A stretch of 64,000 nucleotides of DNA from Camelus dromedarius (Eukaryota), in contig NC_087437.1 of assembly GCF_036321535.1 (NCBI RefSeq), positions 4,774,001 to 4,838,000 on the forward strand, read 5' to 3'. This document shows positions 37,242 to 49,579 of this stretch, one piece after another. Within the stretch, counting starts at the first letter, position 1. Each line of letters begins with the position of its first letter. The notes beneath the pieces are model-generated. The model did not search any database and was not told the origin of the DNA. It saw only the letters and a program-made list of their open reading frames with translations. Both the position numbers and the translations under genes were made by a program.

Positions 37242-38589
37242 GAGGCTCCCTTCCATGATGGCTTGGTCACGGGGCTGGTGAACTGGTGCCGGCTGCTGGC
37301 AGGGGGCTCTGTCTTCCACCACGTGGACCTTTCAAAGGGCCATCCGGGCATCCTCATGACGTGGCAGCCAGCTTTCCTTGGAGCAAAGGATCCGAGAGAG
37401 AACAGGGTGCAAGCCACAGTGTCTTCTATGACTCAGCCTCCACACGCAAGATACCGGGTTTCCTAGGTCAGCGCCTCCCAAACTGGGAGGGGATGCCAGG
37501 CAGAGACGCGGGGAGCTGAGAATCCCAGGGACCACCTTGGAGACTGGCTGCCACCCCCTTGATCCAACTCCCGTCTCCCCTGTTGCTCACCTTCCCGAAG
37601 TTCACTGCCGGCACACCCCGCCCCTGCCTGCACCAGCTCTCACAGCGAGTCCAGCCGTGGCCAGACCCTCGTGGCCAAGCACAGTCTGGCCTCGGAGCTG
37701 TGGTCTTTGCTTGAAACGGCCTCTTCTGATAGGAAAGCTTGTCCATCCTCTGATGTCCTCTCCATCACCAGCACTCTGAATCCTCTCCCACCCAACTGGC
37801 TATTCCCTCCCACAGCCCCACCTCGCTGGGCCGTGATGTTTATTCAGGTCCTAATGTGAGCCACACCTGGCGTGAGTGACAGCTCTGGGCTGGATGTGGC
37901 ACCCGAAAGCCTCCTGCAGCCTTCTCCACCAGCCCCAAAGTAGGTTGGGTACGGCCATCTCGCAGTTGAAGAAACCAGCACAGACGTGTCAGCCAGTTGT
38001 CCTAATGTGCAAACTAGCGCTGATGCTGGGATTCACACCTTCTTCTCTGACTCCGCGGAGACCCACCATCTGAGCACAGAGCCGGTGCGCTGTTCGTCTT
38101 TGTATCTGTAGCTCCCAGCACAGCACCCTTGGCTTAGAAAATCTTTGTCTGATGCATATTGATTGATGAGTGAATGAGTGAAAAATTATTACTGGGGAGT
38201 AGGTTCTTGTCTCATCGCAGAAAGAATTCACAGATGAGACACGAGGTCAAGAAAGTAAAGTGAGGACTTACTAAGGGATGGATAGCACACTCTCCAGGGG
38301 AGGGCGGGCAGGCTCAGTTTCTTTGACAAGCTGGTTACACTGGGTGTAAAACTGAATGGGCAGAATGTTCACTGGGGACAGAGGGGTTTCGGGTCATATT
38401 CCCTTCCCAGCTCCACCTTCCTGAGGGAAGGAGGGATTTTTGTCCTTATTTAGTCTGGATGGGAGGTATCTTGGCACTAGTACATGATGGGCACTTCTCA
38501 TCTGCAAAGCTCATTTTATTGAAATGAGGGCATAATGAGCAAAAGGTTATATTTCGATACTGGATATTTGTCACCCCAAAAGGGTGATT

Positions 38590-39399
38590 GTTTTTCTAAT
38601 TGAAGTATAGTCAGTTTATGAGGTGTTAATTTCTGGTGTACAGCATAGTGATTCAGTTACACATGTATATCCTTTTCATATTCTTTTTCATTATTGGCTA
38701 TTCCAAGGTATTGAATATAGTTTCCTATGCTATACAGTAGGAAATTGCTGTTTATCTGTTTTATATATAGTAATTAGTATCTGCAAATCCTGAACTCCCA
38801 ATTTATCCCTCTGCACTCCCCTTCCCCGTCTCATAACCACAGGTTTGTTTTCTATGTCTGTGAGTCTGTTTCTGTTTGATAAATAAGTTCATTTGTGTCA
38901 TTTTTTTTAGATTCCACATATGAGTAATATCATATGATATTTTTCTTTGTCTTTCTGGCTTACTTCACCTAGTATGATGATCTCCTGGTCCATCCATGTT
39001 GCTGCAAATGGCATGCTTTTTTTTTTTATATAACCGAGTAGTATTCCATGGTATAAAATATTCCACATCTTCTTTATCTAGTCATCTGTTGATGGATATT
39101 TAGGTTGTTTCCGTGGCTTGGCTATTGTAAATATTACTGCTATAAACATTGGGGTGCATGTGTCTTCAAGTTAGATTTTCCTCTGGATATGAGCCTAGGA
39201 GTGGGATTGCTGGATCATATGGTAACTGTATTTTTAGGTTTTTTTTAAGGAACCTCCATACCTTCTCCAGAGTGGCTGCACCAATTTGCATCCTATCAAC
39301 AGTGTAGGATGGTTCCTTTTTCTCCGCACCCTCTCCAGCATTTATTGTTTGTAGACATTTGAATGATGGCCATTCTGACTGGTGTGAGGTGATACCTCC
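38590..39399 (-). mobile_element. 5'-truncated LINE-1 3' end inserted in the 3' LTR of ERV A
   Basis: Same family as 6981-7772. LTR homology with 47712-48311 resumes at about 39400. Degenerate TSD AAA(G/T)GTGATT-like. Confidence 0.85.
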
Positions 39400-41292
39400 G
39401 AAATGTGATTTCTTCTAAGTCTGGAGGTTCCTGCTTTTCTTGGTCTGCCCAAGGACCCCCATGGTTTCCTGCCCCGTGGCCTGTGGCCCCCTTTCCCTGC
39501 TCATATCCAGCTATCTGCCTGCTCTAACATTCCCCCCTCAAGGACTCTGGGCCCTTAAAATCTTTTGAGGGCAAAGAGTCAATGGCCCTTCTTCTGCACG
39601 TGCTTCAAGCTGAGCAGGGGAGCTGCTGCCTGTCGGAGGTGGGGTCTCAGGGTTGTTGCTGTGGCGAGGATGGAGGAGGGCGGGTGGGAGGAGGCCGAGC
39701 CTTGTCCAGTAGAGTCTGACAGTCATCATCTTCAGGTGGGATGGGCTGACATCCCCGGTGTTGCATCATCTGGAGTTGGGAGTTTTCTGAAGCTGTGGGG
39801 TTTTTCTCCTTGGTGCCTCAGAAATTCTGGTACAGCAGCTGTAATTGGGAGAGACTGAAATACATCTGAGTATAGTTATTAGCTATATTAAACATTATTG
39901 TTCTGAGTGTTGTCTGGTCCCTATGCTGGACTCCTCTTGCGTGTAGTTACCTAACATTATGCTTTCATTGCGGGCTTTGGGGTCATTTATTTCAGTCACA
40001 GGTTTTTCTCCTGGATAGTGGCATCCCCCACGTCTTGGGTATTGACAGTCTGGTTGGTGTCTGTCACTCACTGTGGTCACTAAAAATTAGAGTGTGATGG
40101 CAGAATGTTCTATTTTCCATCCTAATTTTTGTCCCAGATGCTAGTGCTGGTAAAACAGAGTCTGGCTTTGCCCCGAAGCTGAAATACCCTTCCCTCTGAT
40201 CTGGGATAGGGTGTCTGGTTCCGAGGGTCTGGCCTCCCAGGGGCCCTGCCCTAGTTCCCCTTTCCTCACCGCCCTGGCTGGTACATGGGGGCCCAGCGTG
40301 TTTTGTGTTAGCCCCATCAGCCCCCCAAGGAGGCGGGGAGTCCTAGAAGACGTAGGTCCCCTGGGGAGGCGTGGCTGTGGGGCAGGCCAGTGGTCAGATG
40401 ACTTTGGCAGTGATATTCGTGGTGCCAGGTAGTGGACACGTGTAAGCTGGAGCTGTGGCGACGTGAGTGATAAAGAGGACTGCAAGGATGGGTGTGGTTA
40501 CGGGAGACATGACCTCACGAAGCAGGAGAGCAGAGACACGGAGAGCGTACTGGACAGGGAGGGAACTGGCGCCCGGAAGGGAAGTTATTAGCTTCCTTTA
40601 AGGTGATATTTACAGGAGAGACAAACTTTTTGCCTTCTTGGGATTCCCTGATCCCAGACCTGTGGATCTATACGTTTTTCAATTTCTGGGAGAATATTTT
40701 GGGCTGGACTGTCCATGTTTTGTATAATGCATGGTCTAGCCAAAAGGAGGCCTTGGTTTTGATTTTCAGGGAGAGTAAGAGTGACCCCAAGACTGAGAGA
40801 AAACCTCTTCCCAGTAATGGGCCTGGGCTCTCAGGCACGACAGGGAACTTGTGAGTTACAGGGGTCTTTCCCCAGGTGCCAGCGAGAGGCGTGGTGAGAT
40901 GTTCCACCTCTGGCCTTCCTTCTGCCCCAGTAACAGCGCAGTTTCAGGGACAGTGTGAGAAGTCAGGACAGAGTAAGTGGCTCCCGTGTCCACTAGAAAC
41001 TGGGTGAGTTTACCTGCCGCGCCAGTAGTCACCCGTGGTTCCTCCCGTGCTATGATGCCTGTCTTCTCAGGAGCCTCGGGAGGTCCCGGGTCCCGTCAGT
41101 CAAGCACTGCCATGACTGGCGTGGGGGAGTTTCCTCCCTTCAGAGCTGAGGGCTCTCGCTCATCCAGTGGCCCATCTCTTTACAGAGTGGCCGTGGCCAC
41201 GGCGTCTTGGGTGGAGGCTGAGCATGCATCGGTTTCCTGGGCATTCCTGGCTCCACAGCTGAAGTAGGCTCCCTTTCCTGGTGGGGGTCTCC

Positions 41293-44200
41293 TGGGAGAA
41301 CCCAGCAGGGCCCTGCGGGGCCGTCCCAGGACAGGCCCCTCCCCCATCCTCAGCTCCTCTCTGAAGGACCCAGATAAGAGTCAGATGCTAAACCCACCAC
41401 CAAGTGGGAGAAATTTACTCGATGATCATGAGCACATGGCCCCCAGACCTGGCGCCTAAGGATTGAGCATCATTGACCGATCAGAATTGTGCACAGCTGG
41501 TCACAGACCCCCAGGATGGCCCTCCCTCACCAGAACCTTTAAAAGGCTCAGCTGAAACCCCTCGAGTAGGGGGCGGGTTTTGGGCATGAGCCACCTGTTC
41601 TCCTTGCTTGGCCCAGCAGTGAAGATTTCTCTGCTCCAAACTCTGGCGTTTCGGTTTGCTTGGCCTCACCGTGTGTGGGGCACAAGGACTCATGTCGGGA
41701 ACAGTTTCGGGGGAGCCAGCGGGGATCCTGTGCCCGGGCAGGGTCGGCCCCGGCCGGGGGCAGCCCCTCCCCGGGTCCCAGCAGCGGCCCGGGCTCACGT
41801 CGCTCCCGGAAGCAGAAGGGACCCTCCCTGAGGTCAAGGCCGCCCTGGGACAAGGCTGTTTGGAGCCGAGAACCTTCTGGAGCTGCGTCCACACTGCGGG
41901 GGTGAGTGTCTCCGGCTCGCGCGGGCGGGGAACCCTGCCCACTCCATCTGGGCTCGGTCCCTCCGGGAAGGGAGCCGCCCCGGGCTCATTGTGAGCCCCC
42001 CAGGTCCCTGCCCCTCCGAGGGCCGGGCCCACCTGTCTGGAGGCCTCGTCTGGAGATGGAAGTGGACTTTTTAGGCGACACCTCCTCTGCGGCCTGTGTG
42101 ACCAAACCTTACCTGCTGTTTGTGTGTGTGTGTCTGGCTTTGGGGTGAGCCACTCCGGTTGTGTAGGATGGAAGATTGTCCCCACTCCACCCAGGCTCCT
42201 TCCCTCCCGGAAAGTGGGTCATTCTGGGCTCACTGGGAGCCACGCTGGGTCCGTTCTCTTTCGGGATCAGGGCCACTGGGGAGCCTCCGTCTAGGAGAGG
42301 ACGTGGAATTTTGGGACCACAGCTCGTCTGAGCTTCAGTTTGTGGGACCATGTCTGGTGTGTGTGTGTGTGCGTGTGTGTGTGTGTGTGCGCGCGCGCAC
42401 CTGGACTGGCTGAGGCGTCTCTGAGTACCGGGGCTCCTGTGTGACGGCACCAGGGTGTCCTCCCTCTCGCGCTGGCCTCGCCTGGGGCAGAGTGTCACGG
42501 GGCCGTTCCCTTTCCAGCCCTGGTCTTTCATTCAGCCTTGTCTCTGACGGGGCACTGGCTGGGGTGCTCCCTTTGGGGTCTAGGGAACTGTGACCCTGAG
42601 AGACCGTTTTGAACTTGTTTGCTTGAGGGTTGATAGCGTTGGTGAGTAATTAGCAGGATGATCAGACCTCTGTTCCACCTTCCAGTCCCACTAGGGCGTG
42701 TTCCGTTATGCTCCCATAAATGAAAGAAACAATAAAAAATATATATATTTATAACAGTGTGTGGGCTCAGTGCTCCCTGAGATCTGGAGAACAGCGGCCC
42801 TGATGGCTCTGCTGTCACAGCAAAGTGGGCGGCGTGCAGTTTGGCTTTTATTTTGGCAGGGGGTGTGTGTGGGGGTGGGGGCTCAGTACCTGAGTCCAAA
42901 TCCTGTTCTCTCTCCCTGGTTTTGCTGAAAATGAGGCGTGTGAGTGTGAGAGTGATTAGATATGTACGTATATAAATATATACAGTCTATTACTGTTATT
43001 TCTTTAAACTGAAGTGAATATTTTTGGGAACTGGAAAAAAGAAAAAACCCTGAAAATAGCCGAGATGGTTTTCTATAAGCCATTAGAGCAGAAATTGGCA
43101 TTTCTCTTCTGTTCCTTTGAGATGGAATGATCTACCTTTTCTTCACAAGGAAAAACAGCTTTTTTAAAACTGAAGCAGAGAAACTGAGATTTCTGTTTTT
43201 ACATTAAAAAAGGAACTTGTGAATAAGTTCTTTTTAACTGATTTAAAAGTAGATGCTTACAAGTTAAATACTTGCAAGTATAAAAGAAGCTAGGCAGAAC
43301 AGATTTCAGGCTCCTGTGACCTAGGAAATGCTCCGTATTAAGTTGATACCTGACATGAAGTCTCGCTTCAGCTTATCGGTATAATCAGACGTGTCTTTGT
43401 ACCTAGGTTTCCTGGTCAGCAGGTTCCTGTGGTTTCTGTTGCAGAGTTTGTCAGCAGAAGAAAAATAATTCACTTGGGATGATGAAAGTCTTATAAGTGA
43501 ATTCAGTGCAAATGAGATGAGAACGTCTGGGTGGACTCTTCAGGAACAGTGGTGCTTTAGGAATGTCCATGTGAACAAAAAATACTGCCGGCTGTATCAG
43601 TAAACAGAGAATGCGGAAGCCATCAAGTCATCAGCGGCTGCCACCCCCCCCCCGCCCCCGCCACCCCCCCCCCCAATGAGGACAAGCCTGCAGCCCGGCC
43701 TCTACAGCCACTCACAGTGCTGTCCTCTGAGGGGACTCAGAACAAGAAAGGACAGGACACTGGCCCTAGATAGCTGGGTGCATGTCAAAGGAATGAATTC
43801 GATGAGCCCAAATGTCTGCTCCCTCCATACAGAGAAAAGTGCTAAATTCTTTCACTTGAGATGTCTCGTTAACAAGTAATCTTTTAATGTTCTAACTCCT
43901 GGTCTTTGTTGTAAAACTCCTATATATCTTGCCTCCTCCCCTACCTCTTCAGAGCGATCTGAGATGCTGTCATCCCAGGCTCAAGTCCTCAGAATTGTCC
44001 ACCGAATGAAACAGAACTCTCTCAACTTTCAGGTTGTGCATTTATTTCAGTCGACATCTACTTGAAGATGATCTCTCTGAATATTTGGTGACTTAAAATT
44101 TTGGAGTTGTGCTGGACGGGGTTAAATGATGGAAGTTCATTGAATAGATGAATAGTTAGGTCACTCCCAAACAAGCTAGGATATGGAAACATTCACCAGA

Positions 44201-46967
44201 AGTTAGGATTTTCAAGAGTTAAGGATTCTAATTTAAATATGTAATTAAGGCTACTAGAAATAATAAAGGAAACATTTCAGTGTACAGTAGGATACATGTT
44301 TTAAATTAAAAAAAAAAAGGAATGAGAAATGTCATTGCATTTGGTTAAGGGAAAAGGCAGTGATTTGTTCCTAGAGCCAGTTGTTTCTAGACAGAAAAAA
44401 AATAAGGGACAAACTAATATGGATACAGAAAGCTGTGGAAAGTGTGTAGAAAGGGACCCCTTAAGAAAAGCAGTTCTGTGCATGGTCAGGCTGAAGGTAG
44501 ATTTGACTTAATTCGGTAAGTGGACTTTGTTATGAAAAGCAGGCTGGTGCAGGACTAGACCTGGTTCCTCCCTATTGGGAGGAGAAGTTTACTTCTGATA
44601 ACAGATTGTGTGAAACTTTTTGATATTGTTGACAGACTTCCTATCAAATTCTAAATAAAGTTCTTTTTGACTTCGGCTAACTTGGGGGGCTTCAGAGGGC
44701 CCCTGTGGCATCTCAGAGAGAACTGTTTAACCAGGAGAGGCTGGTGTGCTGGATCGCACGGGAAGCCTTGCCGAGGGAGCGATGCACCTGCTCGGACTGT
44801 GCGGTGTGGGTGGACTTGTCGATGTGGACATGCTAGAGGTGACGCGGGGTCTCAGGTTTGGGAACGTCCTGGCACCATGCCGCCAGTCACGGTTCTGGCT
44901 GTTTTCTTGGAAGGTTGTTTGTCACGGCAACGTGGGTAAGCTTCTCTGTCAAAAGCACGTAGTCAGATCTTTTACCTTGGCCTCGTTGGGTCTTGTGTCA
45001 TTCGGGGACAGTAACACTGATGGTTTGTGGGACTGCTTCATCTTCAAGAAGATTCGTAAGAGGGACCTTCTGACAAGTACGGGTTTCTTTTGGATCATAA
45101 TGCAGAGCTGGGTAGGATATTTCAGAAGTCTAATGAAAACTGATTGCATAAATCTGTTAGTAAAAGGGATTGAGTGTGCAGGATTGAGTGACCTGATGAA
45201 TATGGTTATAATTATTTGGTTGGAGTATTACCAGCTTTTAATCTGTTTTCTAATTAAGCTATTTACCAAGTGTTTGTCTCCCTTTCAATATTGTGCCCAA
45301 TGTTTAGGACAGGAAGAGAAGTGTCTGCTGGAGCTGTCACAGAGGGTAACTACTCATGATGTGTACCACTGTGTGCTTTAAGTCTGCTGCTAAAAGCACA
45401 TGTACAATGCTTGTGTGACAACTGGGTGTAAGTGATAAAATGTATGGCCTGTAAAGGGTTTGCCTGTTAACACACCTCTGAGCCTGTTCACCTTTTCTGG
45501 TTTGTTTTCCCCCAACGCGGAACCAGGCAAATATAAAGGAGGCCTGGCACTGAGGGACATTATCTGGACCTGGGACAGGAGCTACCACCCCACCATCAAG
45601 GGACAGATGTTAAACATCAATGCTTTCTATTGAAAGATTTGCAGTCAAAAGGGGGAATGATGGGAAAATCTGCACATACTGAGGTATGAGGAAGTCATTC
45701 TGGCTTATGCATGGTTTGACTTAAACTTTGCTGACCAAAGTGTCCTGTTTTCACGGCCTTTTGGACAGGCACTGCACACCTGCTTTGGCCTTGAGGAGGG
45801 GCCTGCACTTGAAAGTCAGAAATGGAGTAGCTGTGGTTCAGACCTCTGAGGTAAACCTAGGCGGCCACTGTGGGTGATTTCAGACACGTTCCTGTATTGT
45901 TGAGAACTCGAAATCTCTGAGCTGTGTCAGACTCAGGATGCCACCAGCCATTCTCAAAGCAGTGTCTGCTGGCAGGTGGCAGCTGCAGCCTTACGACCTC
46001 AAGGTCTCCTCTTATAACTACTAAATTTTTAGACAATAAAATTGCTTTAGATCAGATGTTAGCAGAAAAAAGGAGACACGCACAGTGGCCAACAGCTCTT
46101 GTTATGCCTATGTTAGTACATCAAAAGTTAAAAGCTACTCAAATAAAAGTAGACAACTGGTTACCTGGCTTCCAAGTGCCAGGTCCAGACTGGTCTTCAG
46201 GCTTATTCTCCTGAATTCCTCAGGGAATGAGCTTAATCATACAAGGCTCGGATCCCGGACTTGGAACTTGGGGATATTTCCAGTTTGGTACCCACTCCCC
46301 AATCAAGGTAGGACTGCACCCCGTTTCAGCAGGAAGTAGCCAGAGCAGTTGTTACCCGGTCCCCTGACAGATCAGGGGAGGATGGAACAGGATTCGAGGT
46401 TGAAAGCAAGTGCCTCTGCCGAGCTGATGACGAACCTATCCAAAACATCACTCCCCTTCCTGCCCCTCACCTGTTCGCCTTAAGACCGAGAGGGCTCCAG
46501 GAAAAGGGGGACCTGTGACCAAATGTGACAGGATACCTGGGTGCCTTCCCAGGACAGGCCCTTCCCCCACATCCTCTGCTGCAGCTCCTCCCTGAAGGAC
46601 TCAGATAATAGCATCTCATGGGTATTTCCTGAGTTGTTCAGATGCTAAAACCACCACCAAAGGGAAGAAATTAACTATGTGATGATCATGAGCACGTGGC
46701 CCCCAGGCCTTCTGCCACCTAAGGACTGAGCATGGTTGACCAGTCAGAATTGTACACAGCTAATCACAGACCCTGGGATGCCCCTCCCTCAGCTGGGCTT
46801 TAAAAAGGCTCATCTGAAACCCCTTGGGGAGTTCGGGGGTTTTCTGGGCACAAACCACCCCTTCTCTGTGCTCCACTCAGCAAGAAACTTTGCTCTGCTC
46901 CAAACTCCAATGTTTCGGTTTGTTTGGTATCTCAGTGCGTGAGGCACATGGACCAGGTTGGGTACCA
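41293..46967 (+). mobile_element. ERV1 provirus B (MER4-group-like, largely non-coding internal region) inserted antisense into ERV A: 5' LTR ~41293-41703, 3' LTR 46514-46967
   Basis: Homologous LTR pair (CCCAGGACAGGCCC...CAGATGCTAAA..CCACCACCAA...GATGATCATGAGCAC..GGCCCCCAG). PBS-like GGGGGAGCCAGCGGGGAT after the 5' LTR, leader donor G|GTGAGT at ~41902, env TM remnant LDNKIALDQMLAEK / ANSSCYAYV at ~46025-46120, and PPT GAAAAGGGGG before the 3' LTR. Confidence 0.82.
43570..44056 (+). mobile_element. Solo ERV1-type LTR (C) inserted in the internal region of provirus B
   Basis: TG...CA termini (TGTGAAC...TCAGTCGACA), TATA-like CTATATAT at ~43920 and a near-perfect 4-bp TSD TCCA/TCTA. Confidence 0.7.
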
Positions 46968-49448
46968 CTTTTGGGGTGACCAGGAGGTAGGCTAGGTCTT
47001 GTCATGACAGCTGCCAAAAGCCTGGCTTGCCGTCACTCCTTAAGGGCCATATCCCTGGGGCAGGCCAAGTGCGTGACCTGGCCCCGCATGAGCCATCCGG
47101 CCAGGCAAGGGAGGTGAGGGTCGGGACAAGGATGGACCCCAGACACACTGCAGACCATGGACGGGGCCAGCTGGATGCTGGATGCCACCGAAAGATGGTG
47201 GCCCTGACGTGTCCCCCCACCATGCCCCCCAGCATGGGCCCCGACACCTGGGGGTACCCCCATAGACCGCTTGTGGGGCGAGAGAGTGCCAAAGGGATCG
47301 TGGCAGCCATGGTGGAAGCTCTCTTATGGTGTAAGGAAGGCTGCGTTTCCTATTTCTGCACAATTGAACCTGATGACAGTTAATTAAATGATGGATCAGG
47401 GAGACCAAGAGGGCAAAACTCCTGTGGTTTGGATCCCTAGCTGCCCGTGAGAGCGGCTGCAAACTTGTCCTGACAAGCCCCATTCACATGCAACAAGGAA
47501 AAGTGCGAGACCCAGTGGCCAGCCTGGCAAACCTCCTTCCTCGCTTTGAGTGGAGTAACATGGGAAAGTAAGCGCGAGATAGGGACGCAGAGACGAGACA
47601 AGCAAGAGACAGAGAGGGAGTCGTCGTGGGACGGCAGGCAGTGCCTCTCAGACACGCGGGAGGAGGGAGGCTGAGGCTCCTCAGACCCCGCCTGTCCAGC
47701 CGTGCTAACGATGTTGCCGGAGGGTAGGTTCTTGTCTCCTCAGGGAAAGAATTCAGAGGGGAGACACAGAGGTCAAGAAAGCAAAGTGAGGGTTTAGTAA
47801 GGTATAGGATGCTTTCAGGGAGAGCGGGTGGGCTCAGGTGAGCAGCTGCCCTGAGTTTCTTCGACAAGCTGGTTACACTGGATGTAAAAATGAGTGGGCA
47901 GAATGTTCACTGGGGAGGGAAGGGGTTGGGGTCGTATTCCCTGACTTCCATCCCAGCTCCACCTTCCCGAGGGGAGGAGGGATTTCTGTCCTTATTTAGT
48001 CGGGATCAGAAGTGTCTTGGCACCAGTACATGATGGGCACGTCTCATCTGCAAGGCTAATTTTATTGAAATGAAGGCATAATGAGCAAAAGGTTACATTC
48101 GGATGCTGAAGACTCATGTCTTTTCCCACCTTTCTTTGTCAGCCTCCAAGGACACTTGTTACCCCCAAAATGTGTGGTTTCTTACCAGTCCTGAGGTTCC
48201 TGCTTTTCCCTGTCTGCCCGGGGCCCCTGATGTTCACAAGATGTGTGGTTTCCCGCCCTTTGGCCCGAGCCCCCCTCTCTGCTCGCATCCAGCTGTCTGC
48301 CTGCTCTAGCAGACGACTGGGCAGACTCGGAGCGCCGTTACTCCATTTACACAGACGGAAACAACAGAACACGCAGAGGCAGAAATCTTGTCGAAGCAAT
48401 TTCTTTGCTATTATCTTGAGACTAACCCCCCTATTCAGTTCCAAGGCGAGAAAACTGGCGATGGGAAGCTTGTGAGATCTTTGCTGAATCTGGTACAACA
48501 ACATTTTGAATAAAATAGGTAGGATGGCAGCTTACTTCTGTGCTCACTGGACATGCCTGTATTGAACCGTCCATGCAAGCCAGCTGGTTAGCTTTATCAA
48601 CACTTGGTTAGCTTTATCAACTGTCTGATATGTTATCCCCTGTTCTGTCAGCAGGGAATCCTGGACGCGCTGCCCTTTAACTTCAAGACTTGGTTTGTAG
48701 TTGAATTTACGAATCCTGAGTCTGTTGTGAGTCTGTTGCCACAGGGATGATGTGTTAACTCAACACCAGTCTCCTGGAAGCACAGACACTGTCTTTCTCG
48801 TGTCCACGCTCTAAACATGCCGACAGGAAGCGTAAACGATGAGCAGTTCCCTTTTTCTCCTGTCCGGAACTCGCTGGTTGAATGTGGACCCTTGAACGGG
48901 AAGACCTGTAGGGTTCTGCAGTGCTTGCTGAAAAGTCACAGAAAGAGAAAAACACAGACCGTGCGATTTTAAGATAAGGTCTCCCTGGGGGTTCTGGTTT
49001 TTAAAAAAAATTTCTGATCCCACTTTGTGTATCTTGTAACTCTCACAAAATCAGATGTGAAAACCAAGGCCGAGCTCTGCGGATACTGTGTGAGAAAGGA
49101 GTGGTGGTGTGTGTAGGGTTGCGCAAGGAAAGGCTGCTGCCTTAGAGAGACCTTACTACCCAACGCCGCAGGCAGCCCCCGGGCTTGCGCACACAGACAC
49201 AGACCGGAACGAACAGGGAAAGGATGCTGTGGCGTGTCCCGTTTTCCGAGAACGGCTCTGTCCCACCTGCCCCTCCAGACCTCTGCCTGGCCCCATCAGG
49301 ACGGGGTCTACGCTCCTGGCCTTGACCTTGGCAGAACTCTGTGACGTGACATTTTCGAATACAGTCCTGCACTAGTCTTTTTTTTTTTTTCCTCTTTTTT
49401 TCTCCTTCCAGTTCTATTGAGATTTAATTGACATTCAGCACTGTATAC

Positions 49449-49579
49449 TTTTGTTTTTGGTGGGGGGAGGCAATAACTTTTATTTATTTATCATTATTTT
49501 TAATGGAGGGACTGGGGATTGAACCCAGGACCTCGCCCTTGCCAGACAGATGCTCTACCACTGAGCCCTCCCCTCCCCC
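49449..49579 (-). mobile_element. tRNA-Ala-derived SINE (Vic-1-like), adjacent to a short L1 3' tail (49378-49447)
   Basis: GGGGATTGAACCCAGGACC...CTCTACCACTGAGC on the plus strand. Confidence 0.8.

Larger units (their letters stand above)
38187..48311 (-). mobile_element. Degenerate ERV1 (gamma-like) provirus A: 3' LTR 38187-39529 (split by an L1), putative 5' LTR 47712-48311
   Basis: Two homologous ~600-bp LTRs. Minus-strand PPT GAGGGGGGAA next to the TG at 39529. Protease motif GKLTQFLVDTGATYSVL (DTGA at 40990-40979), a decayed Gag knuckle PLCKEMGHW near 41150-41195 and an RT N-terminal-like IDPQVWDQGIP near 40640-40680. No matching TSD was found. Confidence 0.8.

Noticed and set aside
41481..45381. 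234-aa (41481..42185 -) and 211-aa (44746..45381 +) ORFs as ERV or domesticated genes
   Set aside because: They lie in LTR/leader or non-coding internal ERV sequence and lack Gag, Pol or Env motifs. The env remnant at 46 kb is short and frameshifted, so it is not a syncytin-like gene.
48605..48635. Resemblance of TAGCTTTATCAACTG to miR-21
   Set aside because: The seed differs, no precursor hairpin is evident and it is the wrong locus; coincidental.
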